Below are positions 27,091 to 39,099 of a stretch of DNA of 64,000 nucleotides, piece by piece. Where the stretch lies: the NCBI RefSeq assembly GCF_006345805.1, contig NC_043008.1, positions 27,466,001 through 27,530,000 on the forward strand, given 5' to 3'. This stretch comes from Octopus sinensis. Taxonomy: Eukaryota. The position numbers were made by a program, and so were the translations under genes. A model generated the notes under the pieces. It made no database searches. It was not told where the DNA came from and worked only from the letters and a program-made list of their open reading frames with translations. Every line of letters begins with the position of its first letter. Within the stretch, counting starts at the first letter, position 1.

Positions 27091-27245
27091 GAGAAAAACA
27101 GTTGTCAGAATTCTGGAAAAAATCATTTAAAAATCTTCAATATTAAAAGCGCTTTCGTTCTTTTCTAGAAGTATTAGAAACGGGCGCGAGCATTAATAAT
27201 AATGAAGAAATGGATATTTACCAAAATTCTGACGACTGTTTTCTC
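27091..27245. repeat. Small MITE-like unit with ~33-bp imperfect terminal inverted repeats
   Basis: gagaaaaacagttgtcagaattctggaaaaaatc versus the reverse complement of gatatttaccaaaattctgacgactgttttctc. Confidence 0.6.
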
Positions 27246-27278
27246 TATATATATATATATATATATGTATATTTGTAA

Positions 27279-27344
<66 letters not shown>

Positions 27345-27449
27345 GTGCGCGCGTGTGTGTGTAAGTATATATGTATATGTGTATATATATATATATAATA
27401 TAATATAAATTAGAGATAAAATCAGTATTATACAATATAAAGAATGGTA

Positions 27450-27634
27450 GACGTAAACCAAAACATACATAACAAATAACAAATATTTTTATAAAACATA
27501 TGACTAGATCAGGAAAATGAATAATCAATATTTAATATGTTATATATTGATTATTCATTTTCATAATTTTTGTGATCTAGTTACATGTTTTATAAAAATA
27601 TTTTTTAGTTCTTATTTATGTTTTGGTTTAAGTC
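27450..27634. repeat. AT-rich imperfect palindrome (~85-bp arms)
   Basis: aaatatttttataaaacat..actagatca..gaaaatgaataatcaatat is mirrored around ~27540. Confidence 0.7.
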
Positions 27635-27768
27635 TATGATTGTTTGAATGCATAATAGTGGTTTTATCTCTAATTATATATTATATATTTATATTGTCAA
27701 ATTCGATTTAATACTTAATTGAATTTTTTCCTGTAAGCTTGGAGTTATACTCCCTAATAGTATATATT

Positions 27769-27814
<46 letters not shown>

Positions 27815-28279
27815 ATATATATATATAGAGAGAGAGAGAGATGGATATGGAGCGAACGATATGGAGAGAGATGAACAGGCAGAAGGAAGGACAGTGACAT
27901 AGACATGTAGACATAGACATGTAGACATTGACATGTTGATATAGGCATATAGATTTAGACATATGGATATAGATATATAGGTATATACCTGAAGTATTTC
28001 GACTGCTTTTGTTTGCGAGAGCTCGGACTCGGTGCTGCGTTGAAATAGATAATGACCCTTCCGAGTCATTATATATGTATGTGTGTGTGCTTGTGTGTGC
28101 CCATGTTTAGGTATGTATCTATGCATGTATGTATAGAGCTTTTGAATTATCAGAGTAATGTAGTAAATATGATTCTAATAATTCTCTAGCTTAGAAAGTT
28201 GAGTCTTGCCCAAGATTATGTAATACGTTTCTATAGAAAATTGTCGTGGAATGAAGGTTCGGGAAATTTTGCTAGCCTC

Positions 28280-29900
28280 TTGCTTAAAAGTAATCCATAA
28301 CTAATGGAAAGGGAGCTTTGTAAACTGCCTCTTGTCTCTGATTGATGGTTGTTTCAGAGAAACCTGGGATTTGAGACACAGTCGATTTTCCTTGAACCAC
28401 GTAGCAATTCGGGGTTGCTAGACCCAAACAACAGCAACGTTGATGTATTGAACTTAGCCACCGGAACAGCGGGAATTTTTCACGCGTCTGGAGGTGTTCC
28501 TGGGAAATTCCCACTCGTTAGTGTTAGATATCTTTGGAGACGTTCTCTTGGATGCACCTTTTGATTGTTTAGGTCTAGTGAATACACGAGGGGTGCGAGG
28601 AAGCATATCACAATTGTTCAGACTTTTCCAATTGGCTGATAGGTATCGAATGAATATTTGAAATTAGCTAACAGAACCATATGATACAAACTATATCTAC
28701 ATATAACGTTGTATAAGGTAACAGAGAATTATAAAACAATTGTGAATGATTCCATGTCCTCGACTACACTAACTCGAGATTTATGATCTCTATGGTCGTC
28801 TTAGATTGGTTTCATAGCCAGAGATCTAGTTACAGTGATTCGTTAAGGAAATAGTTTAAAGGGAGATAAAAGGTACATAGGACAACAACCGCTATTGATT
28901 AGCTCTAAAGGGGCCACTTGCTTAGAGTCGATAAGCTTTAGTAGCGAAATTTTGGCATATAACTTGTTAGCGGCGTAGAAGATCCATTTAGGAAAACCAT
29001 TGCGACTGAGAGCCTAATACGGAGAGTCGACCTTAATCAAAATACCTTGACGCTGAGCAACAAGTTTTGGCTGTTACTGCTAGAGAGTGTACACTAAGGC
29101 TTAGGGAATTAAAGCCATTGCATGGACACGAGTGCTAGAGGCATAATGTGGTACCAACTCACAGTTCATTCTAAGATGGTTCGAGAAGGGACTCTGTTAC
29201 TTGATTTATAATTGCCATTTAACTGAAGCACTTGGAGCAATTGGCGTATTGGAAACGCGGTTTGAAATTTATCAATTACTTTTCAGATCTAAATTGTTTG
29301 AGTTCTGTATGTGCCTCTTGGCACATATATACAACACTTGACAGCAAAACGCGAGAATATCTAGTTCTTCAAACGAGTTTAAAACCCTTACAAGAAAGAT
29401 AATTGTTTAGCAAATTCAGGCCTATAACTGTGCTAAATGGAAGGCAGAATTTTGGGCCAAGTTGTTAACTAAGATTTTGGTGCTTGTAGTCGATGCTCTG
29501 GTAGATAAGTCAGATATATGCCTCAAACCAAATTGCTCTTTCAATGAGAACCTTCATATCATACGGAATATCCTATAAAGAGTGGATAAAATATCAGATA
29601 TGGATGCGCCCCACCACATTAATTTACATCAGTTGAAAACTTCTGGGAGGGTCTACCACCAATACGTTCCGGCTGACCTGCAGGTAACTGGTTCCCGACT
29701 TCTCAGCAGATGGATCGCTACAATATACAATGCTGTCAAAAGCACCACACTAATACTCGTGCAGGTCGGCGAATCCGTCATAAACACATTTGTACAGTGC
29801 TCCAACTTAGCTGACTACCGAAGAAATGTTGGATACTGCTATCAGGGGCAGGAGGACGGATCTGACTATCAACTGTCTCTATCATGATATGTGGCCCGCT
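28280..29900 (-). mobile_element. Highly decayed L1/Tx1-like RT relic
   Basis: Only motif remnants survive on the minus strand after frame repair: SYRP-NLLN, KFQTAF, FD-KVD, SGCCPMYLF and *DD, in the expected RT order. Confidence 0.42.
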
Positions 29901-30357
29901 GACTTCCTGTTCTGGGAAAGTACGCAGTTTTCTTTTGTTTGGTGGCTTTTGCTAAACGTTCGCCGAATTTTCAGGTCCTACTTCAAAGGAAAAGTGAGGG
30001 TGAAGAACGGGGTTTTGCTCCCAGTAAATTCGCAAAATGGCGTGTGTAAATTGTGAGAATAGCTTCAATGTATTGTGGTGGTGAAAGCTGTTGATAGTAG
30101 GCTGAAAAAGTACGGAACACTTCCCTTTATTCTTCTTATAAGTAGAGTTAGTAATAATTTGTGGTGTTCATTAATCACCACTGATTCATGCTTACCGTCT
30201 AAAAGGGAAGTTTTTATAATTCCGTTTTTTTTAATTATTATAGTTTATTGTTTACTTATGTTTGTCCACGCTCTTTCTTGTCAGTGTGTCCGGCTAAATG
30301 CGTTTTGATGCTCCTTGTAACAAATAATGCACGTTTATTATTATTATCATTGTTATT

Positions 30358-30563
30358 GGTAGTAATCTGGTAGAAATAGTAAGCAGTCGGGTAAAATGTT
30401 TAGTGGCACTTTATCCGGCACTCTACTTACTGGGTTCAAATTCTGCGGAGATTATCTTTACCATCCATGCTTTCTAGACAGATAAAATAAGAACCAGAAA
30501 GGTACAAAGGTTGATGTAATTGACTTGACCCCGCGCCACCAAAATTTCTGGCTTTGTGTTTAT
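30358..30563 (+). mobile_element. Degenerate tRNA-derived SINE, second family (central domain resembles Meta-type SINE domain, from recall)
   Basis: B-box-like gggttcaaattc, then ctttaccatccatgctttc.agacagataaaataagaaccag. Related fragments occur at 22660-22740, 36240-36390, 38835-38900 and 51615-51770. Confidence 0.55.
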
Positions 30564-31410
30564 AGGAGAATTAATTTTTGTTAGTGTAATTACAAAAAGC
30601 AGGCTGTTACTATTATTGTTTTCCTTTACTTTTGAATTATCAATATATTGACATAGTGTAATACAACAGATAAAGAAATTCAGTTAAATGAATAGTAAAA
30701 TCATCACAGACGAATCCACTACGATATTGATACATACACAAAGACATGTAAATTATTCTAATTTCATTTATATCAAAATTCCGCATGACATTCGAAAGAA
30801 TCTTAAACGTTTTCATCAGGAACAAGAAATTATTATTTCCTACATTACGTTTCATAATGTAATTTTCGTCATATAAACGAAATAGTGGTACGAAGAAGAC
30901 TAAATTAATATCCTCTTATTTTCGAAGTTGAAATTGAACGTCATGAACTCACCATTACAAAGAAAATGAAGAGTGAAGTATGCATAGAAACAATGGGAAG
31001 GAGGGTTAGCAGTTTTTATGCATTACAGTACACGTCAATTGTCGTAGAAAATATTTTTCTGTATAACAGGATTCCCCGGTATAAATGCTTCTTCATAACT
31101 ATGTTAACATTCATTGTTTAAATCAACATGTTCAATAATGATAAAAACACAACGGCATATTTTGGAGGTGGCACAACTTATTTTTAATTTCGTATCAGTA
31201 TTATAAGACCTTAAGCTCACTTGTATTGATTCGCCATCATTCTGCATGTATAGTTCCATCTTCCAAGTAATTCTATATAGCCATTGTACCAAATAATTAT
31301 TTTTAGCTCCCATTTGTCATTTTTATACCAAGTGACTTGTTAAAGTTAGACTTCAGTAGAAAAAGTATACAAAAGAAAGATGTTATAGTCCCACTGCAAA
31401 TGATATATAT

Positions 31411-31730
31411 GATGGCTCAGTGGTTAGAGAGTCGAACTGTGAAGGTATGAGTTCGAATCCTGCACCAGGCTGCGTGTTGATTTCTTTAGCAAGCCACTTT
31501 ATTTCACGTTGCTCCAGAACACTCACCTGTAGAAATGAGTTGCGACGCCACTGGTGCAAAGCTGTATCGGCCTTTGCCTTTCATTTGGATAACATCAGGA
31601 GCGTGAAGAGAGGGAGCTGTTATGCAGAGGCGACTGTTGGCTTTCCATAAACAACCTTGCAAGGACTTGTGCCTCGGAGGGTAACTTTCCAGCTGCAATC
31701 CCATGGTAATTCGTGACAGAAGGGGGTCTC
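31411..31730 (+). mobile_element. tRNA-derived SINE, third family (~320 bp, CORE-like box)
   Basis: A box TGGCTCAGTGG (31413-31423), B box GAGTTCGAATCC (31449-31460), ttagcaagccactttatttcacgttgctccag core, tail ...cagaagggggtctc. A second copy is at 61747-62076. Confidence 0.85.
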
Positions 31731-31904
31731 TGATATAAATATATATATATATATTATTATTATTATTATTATTATAAATGCTTCATGAACATACTTATGT
31801 AAGTGAAACTGTTAGTAGCGCATATAATACATGTAGTATGAAGTATTGATAGTTATATTACTCTTATTAGATGGAGTACTCTTATTGGTTGTCACACTAA
31901 TTAA

Positions 31905-32050
31905 TTTCCGAGCGAATCGGCCCCAGAACTTATTCTTTGTAAGCCTAGTGCTTATTCTATCGTTCAATTTGCCGAACCCCTAAGTTACGCGAACATAAAC
32001 ACACCAGCGTCGGTTGTCAAGCGATGTTGGGGGACAGACATAGAAACACA
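31905..32050 (-). mobile_element. Tail half of the bipartite SINE
   Basis: ccccagaacttattctttgtaagcctagtgcttattctatcg...aaacacaccagcgtcggttgtcaagcgatg matches 16100-16215. Confidence 0.75.
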
Positions 32051-32903
32051 AAACACACATGCACACACATGTACACACACTTACACACACAGGCACACTG
32101 ACGCACACACACATACACACACATATATATATATATATATATATGAACGGAATAAGAATGTAACGGACGACAATAGAAGCATTCGGACAGATAGACGATA
32201 CGGAGATGTACAGGAAAATCCAGGATGGAACATTCGGGGCTTTCCTTCATCCGTCAAACTTCAATCATCATTACAGTTTCAGCTTATTACTCTTGAGACT
32301 CTTCAAAATTGGTAGGTCCCAAAAATCTAAGCTAAGGGCATTATATTTTGGGAGAAATGCAAGCGAATATGTGCAACACTACAGAAAAATATAACGAGAA
32401 AATGGAGAAAATGTTACACGATTACAAATACAAACAACAAGAACAACAGGCGTCTTTCGACTAATAAGGACAAGTTAAATTAAGCTGGCGTGTAAAGTGG
32501 ATATCTTAATGCAAAAACATAGATGAAAATCATGAAACAGGAAAATAAGGTGTTGTGCGGGTAGCAGTCAAACCAAGAAAGAAAGATCATGCTTAGCCGA
32601 ACACCGAGCACGTGGGACGAACAGAGAGAGAGGTAGGTGGTAGAGAGATTGAAGAATTAGTACAGGGGAGATAACAGAGGAAAGAGAGAGATTAAAGAAA
32701 AAGAATGCCAAGAAATGTGGGAGAGGAGGAACTAGAAAAAGAAAAGTGAAAAAAGAAACAAGTCGTTCAGAATTAAGATACAAACTTACAAACTGAGCAA
32801 AATGTGTAGGTATCCCGCTACATGTATATATAATTCCATATATATATATATAACTCGACACCCACCCACCCACACACACATATATATATATATATATATA
32901 CAT

Positions 32904-33200
32904 ACCACGTGGTACCGGGTGCATTCCCACTGCGTGACACATTCAGCAATTGCCTTGTATTATAGCCCTTGGCCGACGAAAGCCTTGAGAATGGATTTGC
33001 TAAACGGAAACTCAACGAAGCATATCGTATACATATCTCCATGTCAGTGTGTGTGTATCTGTATTTGTTTGTCTCGCACCACCGCTTGACAACTGGTGAT
33101 GTGTTTACGTCCATGTAAATTAACGGTTCAGTAAAACACACCGATAGAATACTACCAGGCTTTACAAAAAAAAGTACTGAAGACGATTCGTTCGACTAAA
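32904..33200 (+). mobile_element. Bipartite SINE, plus-strand copy (degenerate head + short microsatellite + tail)
   Basis: cccactgcgtgacac...gccgacgaaagccttg...acggaaact followed by cgcttgacaactggtg...ccgatagaat. The order is the same as in 16035-16438. Confidence 0.7.
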
Positions 33201-33297
33201 ACTAGGGATACCACATCCATGCTACCCACCATACATCCTGTCAGGTCACAAGTGTTGTTACAGCCATAAAGAAAGGATCAGAGTATGCAAAGGAGCC

Positions 33298-33816
33298 ATG
33301 AAGAAATTTGATAATATATTATGTAATAATAGGAATGGGATTTGCCCACTCTATAGGAACAAGTCATGGAACACTATAGAAAGGACAAAAAAGAAAATAG
33401 GGAAGGCCAACTCTTGGTATGATAGTCATAAATACCAGAGTGTCATGTTCGTTGACACCACCCCTGGAGGTGAACTGGTGTACCGCTTTAGAAGGACCCT
33501 AGACAAACTTAAGCTAAGGATTAAGGTTGTTGAAAAGCCAGGCAAATATATAATTGGTAGAACCTATCCTTTTAGTAGAACCCCGTGTACGGATAAGTAC
33601 TGTACTATATGTAGATTTAGTCCACAAACAAACTGTAAAGCCAGAAATGTAGTCTATAATATAAGATGTATACAGGGACGATGCAGTAACAAGACAATGA
33701 CATACGTAGGGGAAACAGCAAGAAGCATAGGAGAGCGGGTAAATGTACATTGGAGAGAACTCAAGGAAGGTAAAAGCTCATCGATTCTGTACACGGGGAA
33801 TCAATCAACAACATAG
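33298..33816 (+). pseudogene. PLE linker + GIY-YIG endonuclease fragment (172 aa)
   Basis: Cys-rich linker PCTDKYCTIC...C followed by NVVYNIRC...TYVGETARSIGERVNVH (GIY-YIG). A C-terminal endonuclease with a Cys linker is the Neptune/Nematis-type arrangement. Confidence 0.82.
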
Positions 33817-34350
33817 AAATTAAATATTGTCCACACATAGAACATATGAAACAATCAGACAAATTACAGAAGCTACACACACATAATAGAAAATAAACAT
33901 AGCCTGAATAGGAAACTAGAATGGAACACTAGCACACACCACAACATATCACGGTAGAGGATCCCGAAAACATAATAAATACACAGGTAAATAGACAAAC
34001 AGAAATAAATAACTATATATGTTATTTTTTTAATTTTTTAATTTTTTAAATTTATTATTATTATTACTGGTATTGTTGTTATACATACATACATACAAGC
34101 ATAAGTAATGATATTAATAAGTGTATGTAAACACATGAACAAAATGAGAATAAACAAAAACAGCAACAACAAAAACAAATTACATGAATGCATATAAACA
34201 GAAGATACAAATATTACAGGCATCCCCCCACACACACACTAAATAAACATAGACGCACATAGAGATATGTGCAAATGAAGACATACAATAGAAATACAAA
34301 ATGGCTGACGGTTAGTAAGGAGAGACACAAATAAGAAAGAAGAAAACAAA

Positions 34351-34395
34351 GGACCACTGATGCGGTCACAGGAGTGTGACGAAAGAACTCTGGCC
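34351..34395 (+). ncRNA. Minimal type I hammerhead-like motif
   Basis: GGACCA-CTGATGC-G-GTCACA(GGAG)TGTGAC-GAAA-GAAC-TC-TGGCC: perfect 6-bp stem II, stem I with one bulge, A9C in the core. Confidence 0.6.
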
Positions 34396-34560
34396 GAAAT
34401 AAGATTGAGATTAATATAAAAAATAAATAACACTGAAGCAAAATAACACCAAATATATAGTGCGTGTGTTTTTATTGGCTAAACTGGCAAAATGACCATT
34501 CCGAGATATAACAATATCTGTTTCAACACACGACTTCACATAAAAAATCTTGCACAACAA

Positions 34561-34666
<106 letters not shown>

Positions 34667-36239
34667 ATATGTATATATATATATATAAATATATAAGATT
34701 ATTTAAACAGCGAATAGAAATGCAATATACTTAGAAAATTCTGAATTATAGAACTATTTTCTTTAGTATAATTCTAAATGAATATAAGTTCGTTTAGATG
34801 AGTGAATTAACGATATATACTCGACTCTTGGATCGAGCCATTCTATTCTTTTATCTATTACTGTCATTATTAATATTATGGATTTTATATTTATTCTTGA
34901 GCCAATGAGGAAGTAGTATAACAACACTAAATTTAACATATGTCAAAATAGTTTTGAAATTACAAGTTATATAAATTCCATATGCCACCAGGATTACTCA
35001 TCCTTTCTTAATTATAGCTTTAATAATCACATATGACTCTCAGTATACGACAAAGTTTGATTGGAGATCTGAAAGTATAGAACATACTCTTACATGGCAA
35101 GAAAAAATATATTGCATTGCATACTAACAATTATACTGTGTTCCTGTCAACACACCACCTTTCATACAGAAGTCGATTATAAAGTTGTTTGTATATTTAT
35201 CGGTTAATTTTGACATTGAAATCAATAATTATGTCACATGGGAAATTGGTATAAAGTAATCAATATATTGAGGAGCTAACCGCTTAAGACATTCAATTTC
35301 AATTAAATAACTATAGTGCTATTAATAATAAAGACCGTAATAATTAATGTATTTGATGCTGTTTTCACTCATCATAAATCAGTTTAACAATTTTGAGGAG
35401 TTATAACTCTTTAATAATGAAGTGGGTTGAAACACTAGCAGAGCTTTTATAGCACTTCTGCTTCGTCAATTAACTTGGTTATTAATATATAATTTGTTTA
35501 ATAACGAAAACAATAAAATACGCCAGTCATATTTCTATATTTATTCTGAAAAAATAATGTAAAAAAGTATTTCTCGTTAAAGTTCAAATGATGTAAATGG
35601 TAATAACTGGCCGGAAGTTTTCCAATAAATAATATTAAATATTAAAATTAAATGTTCGAGTATCAAATAAACTGTAAATATGGCCGAAATGTTAAAAACT
35701 ACGCATTGCGAAAACGAGTTTGTATTTGTATGTTCTTTCTCCCTGCTTGATTCTTGTGCATATTTTATAATCTATAACCTCGCTTGGAATCCATTCTACT
35801 TTATATGTACACACAATTGGCATCGTATTAAAGAATATTTGGGATCTTTTAAAAATAATGTATTTCTGCGTTATGAAGGCGACGTTTACACCTTATCAAT
35901 GACTCGACACACAGGAGAATTGCAATACACATTTACACAAACACATTCAAAAATATAGACATATTAGAAAGTATACATATTATAGGATCGGGAAATATCT
36001 TTTTATTGTTAGATTCAAAGCTTATCCTTCTAGGTAAAATACAGAAGTGTCAATATGCAGTGATCGCGTTGATCCATTGTGCTTCAAATTTTATATCTGA
36101 GAGAATATATCTTCACAACGAAGGAGTTTATTTCAACCTCGTATCTTGCCTTAGCGTTACGAAATGTGGTTAAGTTATCGTGCCGTTTTATTTCTTTGTA
36201 TAAAGATATTTCAACACCAAGCATTCATATGTGCCATTG

Positions 36240-36390
36240 ACTAGAGTAGATTGCAAATGTTAATAATTATTTTATTTGACCCCCTAATGATGAAATTCAA
36301 AGTTGACATTGGTGTAATTTGAACTTAGAATGTAAGGAGACGGAATAAATGATACTAAGCATTTTGTTCGACGTACTATCGGTTCTACAA
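36240..36390 (-). mobile_element. Degenerate SINE (second family)
   Basis: ttttatttgacccc..atgatgaaattcaaagttgacattggtgtaatttgaacttagaa is the reverse complement of the 30420-30500 pattern. Confidence 0.5.
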
Positions 36391-39099
36391 AGTCACACTT
36401 TGAAGAACCTTTTGTACTATTCGCTACTATTGGTATGACATGACGTAAAAACTGTAAACGAACTATCTATCACGTGATTGCGAAGCATATATCTTAATCA
36501 GTCGGGCATCGGAATGTGATGTTTATGTGCATGTGTAAGTATGCACAGGTGTGTACCTTTTTCATTGTTTATGTGAAACTAGTACATACATGAATGGTAA
36601 AGTACATACATGAATAATTTCGGCAGAGTCCGGAAAATGTTGCAAACGATTGCAGGTGATTATTGGGAGGATTGATCCCGAACGATGAGAAAATATATAA
36701 TAATTTCTATTTAGTATATATTACGCATTATGTTGACATGATTCTCAATCAAATACTGGTTCTAATTGCATTCAGTTAATGCAGTTTTGAAGGTTCAAAT
36801 ATCTCAATAGTTATATCAGCAATAGGAATCTACGGAATGGTATTCTCTCGATCTCTAACTATTAGATAGCTCTTATTTTATTTCACTGGAGAAGATTAAT
36901 ATTAGCAACATATTCTTTCCTTAGAAACAAAATGACTGAAATCCGAGTATCTTGTGACTGAGAATTTTGTATGCATTCCAAATTTCTTCTTACTGAATAT
37001 ATCGTACAAAATTTTGATAAATTCAACACTCTCAGAGAAACCAAATGCCTGGATATCCCCAATCATACTGAATATTTGAGTCACTGAATTAGATATTTGT
37101 AACACATTCGATTACGTATTCAGTTATGAGAATGTCCCAATGTGCAATGCTTTGCTTTCAATTCACACCTATATAACAAGAATGGGACGAGTACATAATA
37201 TATAACATTATTTAATTCTGTATTTAAATTACTATTCCATGCAGGTGATAAAATAGTCAAGTATGGCAATTGATTTCACTGTCTACGCACCCCAATAAGA
37301 ATATATAGGCTCATGACTTAAAAAGTATGTAAAATATTTTGTTTGTGCATTAATTAATTAAAAATAGAAGGCGTGAATACCATGCAATGTGACATTTTAC
37401 TGTCTTATTTTATCGTGTTATGGAAAGTTTGATTTTAATCGCTCCCAGATCAATACATTCGTTTCGGATATGGCTCGTGAACCTTTCAATAGTTCATGAT
37501 TCACTTCTGTAGCTTTGTACTAATATTAAAAAATTTTTAAATTTAATAACCTAAGTTGTTATTGGTATCTTGTTGATATTTTCTTGTATAAAATGAATTC
37601 ATGTCCTGAATGAAAATTACAATATATCTAAGAGATCCCATTTACAAGAATGATGCAATCTGAAATGCCAAAAGCAAATTAAATCAAAACAATCACTGGA
37701 GTGTAGCAATGTAATTCCCTTTCGATATATTCAGTTATGTTCAGAGAATTAGACGTCCAATATTCTTTCCGTTTCACTCCCAAATAGTTTCTGCCATGCT
37801 CCAGTATCAATTATTTCTTTTTAACGTTACTAAGATAAAAGAATACATTGGAGGTATATGTGATATCCTTGTTATCATTAGCTACACACATACCATATTT
37901 ACAAAAGTTCTAGTAAATACATTCTTATCAATTTATAATGAAATATTTCCCAGATTTCATATAAGATCACACGGCCACTGATCCATATCGGACAAATGTG
38001 TCATAACAATATGTGTTTGTGTTTGTGTTTCAGTACAAGCGGTTGTACGAGACGATTTTTTGGTATGCACCTATTTATGTGCGTGTCGTTTCAAATACTC
38101 TTGGTAGTTGAGAAACTATTTTACATTCAAGTCGTGTATATTTCCTCATGCAAACTTTTATGTATATCAATTTCCAGCTTAACTCACTTGTTATTCAATT
38201 TATTTTGAAAATTGGAATTTTTTGGTTTCTCCTTCACGCTGATGCATCTTTGTTTTCCTTTTCATTGACATAGCTTCATTTTCAACAATGGATGTTTTTC
38301 GAAGCATGTAATTCATACTGACAGCTTGCAGTATTGTAACATATTCAATTACAGTGGCTTAGTATTTCCATTTTTAAAAGAAATACCTTCATGTCAGTTG
38401 ATTATCACTTCAAAATAATACAGCCACCTTAATAAAATTAGGTTTTCCATTATGAACTATTAACAGAAGTAGATTTTTCTGCATAAAATGAAACATGTAG
38501 ACTATTATTTCAATGTGTCTATAAAATATTTTGTGTTGTTTTTAGAAATTTGATAAACATATTTTACGGACATAGTTCTTCGCACATTTCAAAAATTGTT
38601 AGTAAATTTCCAGAAAATACACGCTTATATGATAAATAATGTAATGTCGGAGATTACTACTGAATATAATACTTGGATCGTATAACTGGAATTTCAAAAA
38701 ACTGCGGCGCATGTAATTTAAACTGGTGGAAGGATCACCCTATAGAAATATTGGGCACGGGTTATGATGTGTCCCATTATCACGACGTGTTTCGTCGTCT
38801 CTGCGGGACTGGTCCGATAGGTGTTACTTCACTGATTGTATTTCTTTATTGCCTATAGGGGCATACATAGAGGGGACAAACAAGGACAGATACAAGAAAG
38901 GGGCGGAGTTACAAAGATGATACAAAATGATTAATAGGGCACAATGAAATCGAGCAGGTGAAATCGAATGAAATTTTAAACATTCGATGACTATAATAAA
39001 AATATAAACTTTGGTTTTTTTTTATTTAACCCACCGGTTTTCTCTTTTTTGCCCCTTTAAATTCCTTTTTTTTCTTTTCCTCCGTATTTTTCGTACGTT

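Larger units (their letters stand above)
33200..34440 (+). mobile_element. Penelope-like element 3' portion (GIY-YIG endonuclease + non-coding tail with hammerhead)
   Basis: GIY-YIG ORF, a frameshifted continuation RQITEA...NKHSLNRKLEWN, and a hammerhead-like motif at 34351-34395 on the same strand. Confidence 0.8.

Noticed and set aside
31411-31480. tRNA gene
   Set aside because: A and B boxes are good but there is no acceptor-stem closure, and the sequence continues into a SINE body repeated at 61747.
32262-32490. Two possible hammerhead relics on the minus strand (~32265-32308 and ~32445-32490), and similar traces at ~6105-6145, ~23025-23065 and ~56445-56495
   Set aside because: Each needs three or more core or stem repairs. 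They are compatible with decayed PLE repeats but not supportable individually.
36900-37850. Protein-like minus-strand frames and splice-like signals suggesting host exons
   Set aside because: All candidate exon phases hit stops, no family is recognisable and no consistent exon chain can be built.
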